Shown piece after piece: positions 11,901 through 22,178 of a stretch of DNA of 64,000 nucleotides; the stretch's first letter is position 1; every line of letters begins with the position of its first letter. The stretch spans positions 1 to 64,000 of the forward strand of contig CAVYSY010000001.1 of NCBI GenBank assembly GCA_963771175.1, in the 5' to 3' direction. Position numbers and translations under genes: made by a program. The notes under the pieces were generated by a model. The model did no database searches. It saw only the letters and a program-made list of their open reading frames with translations, and was not told the DNA's origin. This stretch comes from an uncultured delta proteobacterium. Lineage in GTDB: Bacteria > Myxococcota > Myxococcia > Myxococcales > Myxococcaceae.

Positions 11901-12376
11901 GGACCTTCCAGGCGGCGGTGAGCTACGGGGCGGGCACTGTCCTGCTATCGGTGGCGGTCGGGGACTTCAACGGGGACGGCAAGGCCGACCTGGCCGTGGC
12001 CAACTGCAGCAGCGACAACGTGAGCGTGCTGCTGGGCAATGGCGACGGGACCTTCCAGGCGGCGGTGAACTACGCGGCGGGCACTGGTCCTATGTCGGTG
12101 GCGGTCGGGGACTTCAACGGGGACGGCAAAGCCGACCTGGCCGTGGCCAACTACGGCAGCAACAACGTGAGCGTGCTGCTGGGCAACGGCAACGGGACCT
12201 TCCAGGCGGCGGTGAACTACGCGGCGGGCAGCTGGCCTCGTTCGGTGGCGGTCGGGGACTTCAACGGGGACGGCAAGGCCGACCTGGCCGTGGCCAACGC
12301 CGAGCAGCGACAACGTGAGCGTGCTGCTGGGCAATGGCAACGGGACCTTCCAGGCGGCGGTGAACTACGCGGCGGC
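8922..12376 (+). CDS. large secreted/surface protein: RCC1-like repeats, Ig-like (Big_3) domains and FG-GAP beta-propeller repeats (frameshifted, truncated at junction)
   Basis: Signal peptide, RCC1-type GKVWAWGDNRTGQLG repeats, two Ig-like blocks (PNPxxFGxPVTLTATV...GQVTFYDGTTVLG) and 12 GDFNGDGKADLAVAN repeats. Confidence 0.85.
10310..12376 (+). repeat. near-identical ~150 bp FG-GAP coding repeats (7 copies, Ig domain, then 5 copies)
   Basis: Core ggggacttcaacggggacggcaaggccgacctggccgtggccaac recurs at about 10320, 10472, 10621, 10769, 10918, 11065, 11214, 11663, 11815, 11960, 12107 and 12254. Confidence 0.95.
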
Positions 12377-12621
12377 AATTCCTGGCGCACTCGGCTCAGG
12401 CAGGAGTCCAACGCTTCCGCGACCCGCTTCCCATCGACCCCATGCTGTCGCAGCTCTCGCTCAGCCTCGTTCAGTCGCGAGCCAAGCTCGGTGCGGCGAA
12501 GGTGCGCGTCGGGGGCATGCGGAGGATCGACGCTTAGATAGACGCTCAGCACGAAACGACCGGGTCCGCCCAGCTGGGTCAGCTGCCGCAGCTCCTCCTG
12601 GTTGACCTCGCGCAGCTCCAT
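12376..12621 (-). CDS. N-terminal fragment of a bacterial eRF1/pelota-like (baeRF) protein, cut at junction
   Basis: MELREVNQEELRQL...FVLSVYLSVDP...LNEAERE resembles the actinobacterial baeRF N-terminus. It runs directly into FG-GAP DNA. Confidence 0.5.
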
Positions 12622-12854
12622 CGAGACCGGCCAATTCTCCGCCGTCCGAGCGTGGGCGTCATCCGCGTTATCCCCACCTCTTGGTGTGGTTTTACCCCGA
12701 TGGCGGGACCCTCGAAGGCGCCTACTCTCGTCGGAACGAAGTTCGATCCAAAGGAGAAAAGAGGACTCCGGTGAGCACCGGGAGGAGAGCGAAGAGAAGA
12801 AAGAGCACTACATGCGCCGCGAACGCCGCTTCGGCTCTTTCTCTGACTAGGAGG

Positions 12855-12928
12855 GGTGGACGACCGGATTCGAACCGGCGACCGCCTGGACCACAACCAG
12901 GAGCTCTACCAGCTGAGCTACGTCCACC
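12855..12928 (-). tRNA. tRNA-His (GTG)
   Basis: Minus strand G-GTGGACG TAGCTCAGCTGGTAGAGC..CCTGG TT GTG GT CCAGG..GGTTCGAATCC..CGTCCAC C. G-1/C73 pair present. CCA not encoded. Confidence 0.95.
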
Positions 12929-13072
12929 GCGTGGCTTCAATCTAGCGGTAGCGTTGAGGGGGATGTCTGGGCGTCGCTCCTCTGGTCTTCTTCGGTCGCG
13001 GGCTCGGTCTGCTTCGGCGACTGGGGCTCAGGCGCGAGGAGCTGCACGTCTGCGAGCGCTCCGCGTGCCAAC

Positions 13073-13681
13073 TCAGTCCCCGCCGAGGACCAGATGCCGG
13101 AACTCGACCTGGAGGCGCGATTCCAGTTCCGCCGCGGCATGAGCCGAGCGCTCGGCGTCCGCGTCTCCTGAGCTGACCAGGAGCACCTCGTCGGCGGAGT
13201 CTGCAGCTGGTCCTCAATCGCCTGCAAGACGTCCTCGTCGCCCACCCTGGCCTCCGCTGCGATGCCCGCCTTCGCCAGCGCCGCCACAGTCGCGACCAGC
13301 GTCTGCTGCGCCCCCCGTCGCGCGCCTTCGACATCGGAGGCCCAGCGGTCGAGGAAGCCGATGCGGGCCGGCGCCAAGACGAGGACGTCGGCGTCTTCCT
13401 CCCCGCCTGTCCCCTCGATCCCGGCCTCGCGGGCGATCGCTCCCACCGTTGCGGGCTCCTCGATCGGGCAGGTGACGACGAGGAGGACGTGGCGCCGCGC
13501 GCCGGCGGCGGGTGGCGTCGCCGATCGGCCCACGCGGACGCTGCCGCGCGGCGATGACCAGAATCGCGACAACCGCCAGCGCCCCCATGGCGACCCCGAT
13601 CGCGGGACCCCCGACCAGGAAGCCGGCCACGATGGGCACGGCGAGCGCGGCGACCACCAGCGGAAGCTTCCACGGAGCCAT
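13073..13681 (-). CDS. membrane-anchored hypothetical protein with USP-like domain (frameshifted)
   Basis: Two N-terminal TM helices, then RHVLLVV...VLVLAPA...EARVGDEDVLQAIEDQL in another frame. Confidence 0.6.
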
Positions 13682-13693
13682 CGTCCCGTCGCC

Positions 13694-14546
13694 TCAGCCC
13701 CGCGTGCCGCCGCCGCTGCCGTCGGGCGACCAGCCCGGGTTGCGGAAGACGTAGCCGAGCTTGTGGCGCCAGCTTGTGGCCTGGCGCACGTCGCGGGCGA
13801 TCGCGGCGAACTCGTGGAAGGCGACGCGTGTGGGCTTGAAGGTGCGGATGTTCTGCGTGAGGCCGTAGCGCGGGCGCTCCGTCTCACCCTGGAAGCTGCC
13901 GAAGAGGCGATCCCAGACCATCAGGATGCCGGCGTAGTTGCGGTCGAGGTAGCGCGGGTTCGACGCGTGGTGGACGCGGTGGTGCGACGGCGTGTTGAAG
14001 AGGTACTCGAACCACGCCGGCAGCCGGCGGATGGCCTCGGTGTGGATCCAGAACTGGTAGAGCAGGCTGATCGCCTGCAGGTGAGGATCATCTCCGGCGG
14101 GAAGCCGAGCAGGGCCAGCGGCGCCCAGAAGGGCAGCGCCGCACGGCGTCCAGGTCTGCCGCATCGCCGTGGAGAGGTTGTAGTGCTGGAGGAGTGGTGG
14201 ATTGACGTGCGCTCGCCCAGAAGACCGCACCTCGTGGCTGATGCGGTGGAACCAGTAGTAGGCGAGGGTCCTCGGCGAAGAAGAGCACCGCGTACGTCCA
14301 CCACAGGTCGGGCGGCATGCGCAGGGGCGTCAGCTCGTAGAGCCCGGCGTAGACGACGACCACGACCGCCTTCCAGGCCGCGCTGATCGCGACGTTGCCG
14401 CCGCCCATCGTCAGGCTGGTGCGAGTGTCCTTGGACTCATAGCCGACCAGGTCGTGATCGTGGTCGTGGACGAAACGGAAGGAGAGCACCTCGGCCACGA
14501 GCAACAGGACAAAGGCCGGAATCGCGTAGAAGATCAACTCGGCCAT
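13694..14546 (-). CDS. sterol desaturase / fatty acid hydroxylase family (alkylglycerol monooxygenase-like) (frameshifted)
   Basis: His boxes YYWFHRISHE, YQFWIHTE and FNTPSHHRVHHASNPRYLDRNYAG. Confidence 0.85.
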
Positions 14547-14558
14547 GCTCGAAGCAAT

Positions 14559-16725
14559 TTAGCTCGCCGGGCAGGCTGCCGGGTCGAGCTTGCCGTTGAC
14601 CCTGAATACGTAGTCCGGCTGAGGGGTGATGTCGGCCTCCGTGATGATTTCCTTCACCGCGGGGTCGGTCCTCAGCCAGTAGTAGACGCGGTACCAGTAG
14701 GGAGAGTCGAGCGAGTCGGCCGTGAAACGGCTGACGATCAGGTAGTCGTAATCCGCCACGTTGACCCGCTCGCGAAAGGTGGCGCAGTCGGTCGCCAGCC
14801 GGTAGGCGCCGTTCGACCCCGGCACGCCGATGTACTGGACGTAGTTGTCGAGGTTTTTGCCGTAGAAGCCGTACTGGCCGAAGAAGATCTCCCCGAGCCG
14901 GCGATGCCGATCCGCTTGTCGTGCTGGCTGTGGGCGAACTCGTAGGCCTTCTGCGGCCCGCCGTCCTGCAGGAAGAGGGTCGTTCTCGTGTAGTGGTGCT
15001 TGTAGTACTGAACCTCCTGGGCGCGGCCGAGGACGACCGCGAGCAGGACGATCGCCGCGACCGCCGCGGTGACGGCCCCCCGGCCGATCTCCCGCCGCCC
15101 GCGCAATCTCGTCAACGCGGTCGGCGCCCAGACCAGCGCCAGGGTGAGGAAGACGGTGCCGACGATGAAGCCCGGGTACCAGCGCGGCGTCGTCAGCACC
15201 GAGATGGCGAAGACGCCGGTGAGGAAGAGCAGCGTCTGCCAGGCGCGCGCGTCGGGGGCGCGCAGCGGCCGCGCGATCGGCAGCATCACCATCGCGAGGA
15301 GCAGGCCGGGCATCAGGTAGCGGGTGTTGGTGAAGAAGCCGGTCGGCGAGCCCTCCTGGCCGGCGGCGGTCAGCGGCGTGACGATGTAGACGGCGGCGGT
15401 CAGCAGCGCCGCGGCGCGCCAGCACCCGCAGGATCAGGTTGCGGGAGCGGAAGGCGATGTAGACCGCGGCGGCGACCGCGATCACCAGGATCAGCGGGAA
15501 GAGGGGGCCGAGCGCGTTGTCGAGCTGGGGGAAGAACCACTTGCGGTAGATGGTCGGCTCGAACAGGTAGTCGGCGACGGCGAAGCGCGGCCGCGGGTCG
15601 AGCGGCATCTGGTCGGGGCGCGGCAGGTGCAGCGGGCCCCAGCCGATCTGCGGGATCGGGTTGCCGCCGGTGTGGATCGCCGCCCGCACGTACCAGTAGC
15701 CGCCGACGACGAAGGCCGGGACGCCGATCGACAGCGCCGTCGTCAGGCGACGGCCGCGGCCGCTGACCAGGACCATCCCCAGCGCGATCGCCCCCACCGG
15801 GGCCAGCAACGGCAGCTTCACCGAGACCGCCAGCCCGGCGGCGATCCCCGCCATCACCAGCGGGCCCTTGTCGAGCAGCGGCGCGTCGCGCTCGGGCGCG
15901 TCCTGCACCGCGCCCTCGGCCGGCGCCCGCCGCTGGTGGCCGTTGATCAGGAAGGCGGCGAAGGCGACCAGGAAGGCGAGCCCCATGATGTCGTTGCGCC
16001 CCTCGCCGGGCTGGGTCTCGATCATCACCCCCGCGGAGAGGACGATCGCGCCGGCGACCAGCGTCGCCGGGCCGACCTTGTAGGGGCGGCCGACGCACCA
16101 GGCGGCGAGCAGGGCGATCGCCAGCCAGACGAGGTTGATCAGCGGCGAGAGCCAGTCGCTCTTGAAGAGGACGATCCCGGCGGCGTGGACCAGCTCCGAG
16201 CTGCTGCGGGTAGAACCAGGCGGCGAGCCGCAGCGGGTCGGTGAAGTGGAGGTGGACGATCGAGGCGTCCTGGGCGATCCGCCCGGAGAAGGGCATGTGG
16301 TACCAGGTGGTGTCGCCGCCGAACATCCCCTGGTCGAGGCTGAGCTGGGCCGGGAACGTCCACTCGGCGACGGTCCAGGAGGCGACGCCGAGCGCGATCC
16401 AGAAGGCGACTCTCTGCACCCGCGGGGCGGCGACTTCCTCGGCGCCGCCGGCGCGAAGCGCCAGCCGATCAGCGGCCGCGAGCAGGCCGACGCCGATGCA
16501 GCCGACGACGGTCCAGCCGAGCGTGAGGATGCTCAGCGTGCCGAGCAGCTGCAGCGCGAGGATCAGCAGCGCGGTGGCGATCGTCAGGTCGGCGAGGCGG
16601 GCCAGCGCGCCGGAGAACTCGGGCACGATCCAGCGCCGCAGCCAGTAGCCGCCCAGCCCGAGCGCGGAGACGATGCCGATCAGGGCGAGGCAGCCGCCGA
16701 TGTAGGAGCCGAAAGAGGGGGTCAC
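14559..16725 (-). CDS. large polytopic membrane protein, possible GT-C glycosyltransferase (frameshifted)
   Basis: Many TM helices. [22 protein letters not shown] and NTRYLMP motifs are typical of GT-C-like membrane proteins. Confidence 0.65.
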
Positions 16726-16762
16726 GCGGCGCGGGATGCTATTCGCCGCGCTCGGCGGCACG

Positions 16763-16806
16763 CGCTGTCGACTTTTCCGCGCCCAGGGCGGAAAAAGTCG
16801 ACAGCG
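16763..16806. repeat. intergenic inverted repeat (hairpin / REP-like)
   Basis: cgctgtcgactttt-ccgc...gcgg-aaaaagtcgacagcg lies immediately after the msrA stop. Confidence 0.75.
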
Positions 16807-16807
16807 G

Positions 16808-17392
16808 TCAGTAGGCGGCGGCCGGGATGCTGCAGGAGACGCCGGTGCCGGCCAGCCCGCAGTAGCCGTTCGGCACCTTGTGCAGGTACTGCTGGTGGTA
16901 GTCCTCGGCGTAGTAGAAGGGGGCGGCGGGCTCGACCTCGGTCGTGATCGGCTCGTGGCCGGCGGCGCGCAGCGCCTCGTCGTAGGCGCGCAGCGCCATC
17001 TCCGCGGTCGCCTTCTGGGCGTCTTGGTCGGAGTAGATGCCGGAGCGGTACTGGGTGCCGACGTCGTTGCCCTGGCGCATGCCCTGGGTCGGGTCGTGCT
17101 CCTCGAAGAAGACCTTGAGCAGGTCGGCGTAGGAGATCTTCGCCGGGTCGAAGGCGACCAGCACCGCCTCGGCGTGGCCCGGTCCTGCCGCTGCAGACCT
17201 CCTCGTAGGTCGGGTTCGGCGTGGTCCCGTTCATGTAGCCGACCGCCGTCGTGTAGACGCCGTCGAGCTCCCAGAAGAGCCGCTCGGCGCCCCAGAAGCA
17301 GCCGAGCGCGAAGTAGGCGACCTCGATCCCCGTCCGGGAAACGGGGGCTTCAGCGGCGTGTCGAGCACGGCGTGGCGCTTGATTCCCGCCAT
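16808..17392 (-). CDS. msrA: peptide methionine sulfoxide reductase A (frameshifted)
   Basis: [43 protein letters not shown] and [12 protein letters not shown]. Confidence 0.95.
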
Positions 17393-17406
17393 GGGAACAG
17401 GGTAAC

Positions 17407-17690
17407 TTGGCGGCCATCGGCTGCCTCGTCGCACTCTTCGCGCTGATCTCGCCACGGCTGGCGCTGTTCGTGCTGTGGCTCTTCAGCGACCTGCTCAGCC
17501 GCGCCTTCGAGAGCTGGATCGTCCCCCTCCTCGGCTTCTTCCTGCTGCCCTGGACGACGCTCGCCTACGCGGTGATGTGGGCCTCCTCCGACGGCGTCGT
17601 CGGCTTCGAGTGGTTCATCGTCGTCCTCGCCTTCCTCTTCGACCTCGGCCTCCTACGCCGGCGAGGGCAGGCGGCGCAGCGCCTGAGCCG
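17407..17690 (+). CDS. small integral membrane hypothetical protein
   Basis: [23 protein letters not shown]...[15 protein letters not shown]. The 3' end is uncertain because of a frameshift. Confidence 0.6.
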
Positions 17691-17700
17691 AAGCGCGACG

Positions 17701-17955
17701 CTAAGCGGGGAAGGCGAGCGCACGTGCTCCTTGCCGACGACGATGAAGGCGCGCTCGCTGATCATGCCGGTCTCCCGATCGGTGATCTCCACGTCGAGCA
17801 ACGGGATGAAGGCGAAGTCCGTCGCGGTTGATCGTGTCCGAGAAACGGCTCTGGTAGCCCTCGGGCGGCAGCGTCACGTCGCCGACGATCACGTACCGGT
17901 CGGTCTCGAACGTCACCCGCTCGATCCGCCGGCCACTCTGCCTGCTCGTCGCCAT
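17701..17955 (-). CDS. small hypothetical protein (frameshifted)
   Basis: MATSRQSGRRIERVTFETDRYVIVGDVTLPPEGYQSRFSD...FIPLLDVEI...AFIVVGKEHV, with GGAGG RBS upstream. Confidence 0.6.
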   Translation of the reverse strand: MATSRQSGRRIERVTFETDRYVIVGDVTLPPEGYQSRFSDTINRDGLRLHPVARRGDHRSGDRHDQRARLHRRRQGARALAFPA

Positions 17956-18235
17956 CGCCCCTCCATCGGCACGCCACCGTCCGTACCCGACCGACAAGTG
18001 TCCAGCGTTCGTTGCGAAAGGAACCGCCCTGGAGAGCCGGAACCTGTCTTCACTAAGCAAGGTCCATCCGGCGCGAACGCGGACAGTAGTCGCCGCCAAG
18101 GTTAGGCAGCTGAGGAAGGCCAAGCAAGCCTCGAGCAAGCCAAGCGTTCCGGCGTCGAACCTGGCCTCTGTTCCGAGCAGCCCGCATCATGCTTGGCGGG
18201 AACCGCGCCGCCTTGCGACCGGCAGCCTGGCCATA

Positions 18236-18309
18236 TCGGGGCGCCCGGATTCGAACCGGGGACCTCCGCCACCCAAAGGCGGCGCGCTACCAGGCTGCGC
18301 CACGCCCCG
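18236..18309 (-). tRNA. tRNA-Pro (TGG)
   Basis: Minus strand CGGGGCG TGGCGCAGCCTGGTAGCGC..CCGCC TT TGG GT GGCGG..GGTTCGAATCC..CGCCCCG A. Confidence 0.95.
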
Positions 18310-18402
18310 AACTGGCCAGTGTACGACCCGAGCTGCGGTGGAACGCGGCGCCCATTTCGTGCTCAATGCGTCACCGGGGCCAACCGCTAGGTTTCGCCGC
18401 CG

Positions 18403-19690
18403 ATGGCCGACGTCCGACCGATCAACGCCCTGCACTACGACCTCGACGCGGTCGGCTCGCTGGCAGGACGTGGTCGCCGCCGCCCTACGACGTGATCGAC
18501 GCGGCGATGCGGGCGGAGCTGCTCGGGCGCTCGCCCTACAACGCGGTCGCGGTCGACCTGCCGCAAGCCCTACGGGGAGACCGGGCCCAGGCACCGAGGG
18601 CGATCCCTACGCGCCGGCGGCGCGACCGATGAAGGCCTGGCGCGAGGCGGGCGCCCTCGTCGACGACCCCGAGCCGGCGATCTGGGCGATGACCCAGGAC
18701 TACACCGGCCCCGACGGCGCGACCCGCACCCGCCACGGCATCCTCGCCCGGGTCCGGGTCGAGGACTTCGGCGCCGGGCAGGTCCTGCCCCACGAGCGCA
18801 CCCTGCCCGGCCCGAAGAAGGACCGCCTCGACCTGACCCGCGCCACCCGGCACAACCTCTCGCCGATCTTCTCGCTGAGCACCGAGGACGCCTGGCCGCT
18901 GGTCGCGCCCGCGATCGAGTCGGCGAGCCCTGGGGCGAGGCGACCGACCCGACGGCACCGTGCACCGGGTCTGGCGGGTCGGCGACCCCGAGGTCCACGC
19001 CGCCGTCACCGAGCTGCTCGCCGGCGCCCAGCTGCTGATCGCCGACGGCCACCACCGCTACGAGACCGCGATCGCCTACCGCGACGAGATCGGCGGCGAG
19101 GGCCCCCACAACTTCACGCTGATGGCGCTGACCGGGCTCGACGACCCCGGCCTCACCGTCTTCCCCACCCACCGCCTGCTCTCCGGGCTTCGCCGAGTGA
19201 CCCCGAGCGCCAGCGCGTCCTCGGCGACGGGCCTGCGCGAGCTGTTCGACGTCGACGGAGGTCGACTCGACGCTCGACCCGCTGGGCGAGGAGGGCGTCG
19301 GCGTCTTCGGCCTCTACGACTCCCACCACAAGCGCGCTTCCGCCTGCGGCTGAAGGACACCGCCGAGCTCTCGACCGAGTCAGCTCGCCGGCAAGCCCGA
19401 GGCCTACCGCCGCCTCGACGCCGCGATCCTCGAGACGCTCGTCTTGAAGGGGATCGCCGGGATGAGCCAAGGACGACATCCTCGCCACGCCGCGGCATCG
19501 ACTACTCGAAGAGCGTCCCGGACTCGCTCGCCCGGCTGCGAGGACGGCTCCTCCGACGTCGCCTTCATCCTTCGCCCGATCCCCGTCGACCAGGTCCGGG
19601 CGATCGCGGCGCGACGAGATCATGCCCCCGAAGTCGACCTACTTCTTCCCGAAGATCCTCACCGGCATCGTCTTCAACCCGGTCGGTTGA
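18403..19690 (+). CDS. DUF1015 family protein (frameshifted)
   Basis: PPYDVI, VLPHERTLPGPKKDRL, LLIADGHHRYETA, VFPTHRL and MPPKSTYFFPKILTG. Confidence 0.88.
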
Positions 19691-19694
19691 ACCG

Positions 19695-19810
19695 CCGACG
19701 GGCCGATTCCGTCCGCTATATGGACGTTTTCGGCCCATCGATGGAAGGGGCGGCCGACGGGCCGAAACCGTCTGGGATATGGACGTTTTCGTCCCGTCGG
19801 CGGGGAGGGG
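19695..19810. repeat. two tandem ~59 bp hairpin units (REP-like)
   Basis: ccgacgggccga..ccgtc...atatggacgttttcg.ccc.tcg..gg.agggg starts at 19695 and again at 19754. Each unit is an imperfect inverted repeat. Confidence 0.75.
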
Positions 19811-19839
19811 CTTAGGATCGGGCCGTGGTGAAGATCTAC

Positions 19840-20496
19840 ACGAATCAAGGCGCAGACCCGGCCCGAGGTGGTGCCCATGTGAGTGGGGTAGCTCTGGCCC
19901 TGAGCCCAACTGTACTCGCCGCTGTAGGTACTTACCGCGACACACCGGGCCTGGGCGTATCCATCTCCTGCCTGGGAGTCTCCAAACAGGAACCACGAGC
20001 CGCCACTCGCATAGACGCGAACCCAATCCGCTGAGCTGTTGAAGCTTCCACCGACGCGCGTGAGGAAGCACACCCGACCCGTTGTCGAGCCCAGGTTCGT
20101 TGGCAGACTCTGCCCCGCGCGCCATGCATATGCGCCGGAGAAGGCGCTGCCGTTCAGGGCCGCGCATCCGGCCCTGGCGCTCGTCCCTCCATACCCGCCG
20201 ATGTACCAGCTTCCTCCGGAAGCGAACGCGTAGACGGAGTCGGCGCCGCTGTCGAACACGCCTTGGATACGGGTCAAGAAGCAGACCCGGTTCGACGTGG
20301 AGCCCAGGGGGGAGGCGGGAGCGGGAGCCGCCCAACTGTCTCCGTTGCTATAGGACAGCTCCTGCGTGATGGAGCCCAGCGCGGGCTGGGACTCAAGACC
20401 CGACTCACTCTGTTCGTCCAGCATGTCCTCGGGGCCGCAGCCCCCCAGGGTCGCGGTCGATGGAAGAACAACGAAGAGGTGCTTGATCCTCAACAT
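19840..20496 (-). CDS. myxobacterial-type lipoprotein with ~70 aa Cys/Trp repeats, truncated at junction
   Basis: Lipobox-like LGGC, spacer ending ITQEL, then three repeats of W..G....LGSTxxRVCFLTR. Confidence 0.7.
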
Positions 20497-20968
20497 GATG
20501 CCTCCTTGGGATTCGGGGGAAAAGGTGAGAGACAAACTAAGCCTTCGCTGCAGAAAAACCAGGCAGGCATGTCCGAGCTGTCACCGGGTTGATGCGTGGT
20601 CCGCCTTCAGGGCAATCAAAAGCCTTCTCGTGTATGGAATGACGGAAGCCTTGCCGACAATCTCAATTCTTGGCGGGTAATACCGCCTCGCCAGTGACAG
20701 ATGTCCGTCAGCGCGGGTAGACCGTTGGCGACTGCTCTGGCTCGACTCAGGGGGTTGTCGTACACCGCTCGTGGTCGACGACGAGCGAGGAGGGGGCACC
20801 TCGGTTGTAGTCGACTACAAGGGAGGAGGGCTCATCGCTCGGATCATGAGACAATGAGGATCATACGACGTCGGCTACTTCGGCCCGTACGACGACATCC
20901 TCTTCTCCAGCGGGGCCAAGGTGTGGGCGGGCTGCAAGGCCGGCTTGTCCGTGCTCGGCATCCATGAC

Positions 20969-21117
20969 GTATAGGACGAATGGGGGCCCTGTTGAGAGGC
21001 GAAGACATCCAGCGCGAACGTCCTGCGCAGCAGCCCGGCCCAATCCAATCGCTGCGTCCGCTCCTTCTTCGGCTCCGCCTTCGCGGCTGCCTCGGGCGGC
21101 GGGCTCGCCTCTTGCAT
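20969..21117 (-). mobile_element. degenerate IS91-family transposase C-terminal remnant with probable element end
   Basis: KERTQRLDWAGLLRRTFALDVFA resembles the C-terminal segment of IS91-like transposases. It is followed by TTCGTCCTATAC, similar to IS91/ISCR oriIS ends. Confidence 0.55.
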
Positions 21118-21245
21118 GGTGCGTTCTCCGGGGGGATGCCGGCGCCGCCCGCGAGCTCGGCGACACGGATGGTGCCGGCGCCGAGCGGGACGGCGCTGAG
21201 GGTGAGCAGGGCAGCGGGAAGCAACCAGTTGGCTCGGGTCTTCAT
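21118..21245 (-). pseudogene. 5' fragment of a DUF2306-like membrane protein, interrupted by the IS remnant
   Basis: MKTRANWLLPAALLTLSAVPLGAGTIRVAELAGGAGIPPENA stops where the IS-like sequence begins. Confidence 0.45.
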
Positions 21246-21432
21246 GGGAGAAACCATGTCGACACAGTCTCTAGTGCGCCCGAGCCGGTGGCCGCCGCTC
21301 CGCGCGGACAAAAAGCGGCTCCGAGCAGGCGCGCCGTGAGCATCCGCGCGAGTCCCGAAGGTGCACGCGAGGATTGAATAAACGGGCTCCGCCTACGTCG
21401 GGGTTCCGTCTCCTTCATTTCCGGTGCGCCCC

Positions 21433-22119
21433 ATGCTCCTCACGCTTCTCGGCATCACCCTGCTCGCCTCCACGCCATCGATTCCGCCCGTCTCTTGTCT
21501 GTTCGCCAATGGGAAGACGGTCTGTGGCTACTCCTGCCGCCGCAGCGCCGATGACGTCCGCTGCGCCAGCACGCCCTATGGGACGTGCGGCATGTTCAAT
21601 GGCCAGGTGTACTGCTTCGATCCTCCGCTCTCGGCCATCCACCACCCGCCCGACGAGGGCCTGCGTCCCGAGTGCAAGGGGCTGGGGAACGAGGCGGCCT
21701 GCGGCTTCAACTGCCTGGTGGCGCAGGGGAAGATCGCCTGTGCGCGGACGCCTTATGGCGTGTGCCGGGAGCACTTCGGCGAGCTGAAGTGCTGGGACCC
21801 GCCAGAGACCACCATACATGAGTTCGGCGCGGAGACGCCGCGGCCCACCTGCCTCACGGCGTCGACGGCCATCGAGTGCGGCTATGACTGCAAGAACAAC
21901 CGCACGGAGGTGAAGTGCGCGGCGACTCCGCGAGGCCGGTGCGAGAAGACTGACTTCCTGCTCGAGTGCTTCGATCCGCCGTCGCTCCTGCATTGCGCGC
22001 ACACCCAGCCGCCCGACCCCGCCGAGGTGCGCAAGCCGAAGTACAAGCGGCGGGAGGAGAAGCCGGCGGATGACAGTCAGGCGCTCAACGGTGACCCGCG
22101 CACGCGCTCCGGCGGCTGA
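21433..22119 (+). CDS. secreted Cys-rich repeat protein
   Basis: Signal peptide and three repeats of C..G..CG(Y/F).C......CA.TP.G.C......C(F/W)DPP. Confidence 0.8.
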   Translation: MLLTLLGITLLASTPSIPPVSCLFANGKTVCGYSCRRSADDVRCASTPYGTCGMFNGQVYCFDPPLSAIHHPPDEGLRPECKGLGNEAACGFNCLVAQGKIACARTPYGVCREHFGELKCWDPPETTIHEFGAETPRPTCLTASTAIECGYDCKNNRTEVKCAATPRGRCEKTDFLLECFDPPSLLHCAHTQPPDPAEVRKPKYKRREEKPADDSQALNGDPRTRSGG

Positions 22120-22178
22120 ACGGGGCTCGGAAAGCCGGCTGCTCGAGGAGTTGGACGCGCTCGTGTGTGCGGGGCTCC

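Noticed and set aside
10310..12376. CRISPR array or DGR template/variable repeats
   Set aside because: The repeats are about 150 bp protein-coding FG-GAP blades with only a few variable codons. No cas or reverse transcriptase gene is in the window.
18010..18230. ncRNA or att remnant downstream of tRNA-Pro (short AGCAAGCC repeats)
   Set aside because: The repeats are too short and no recognisable structure or duplicated tRNA end supports a call.
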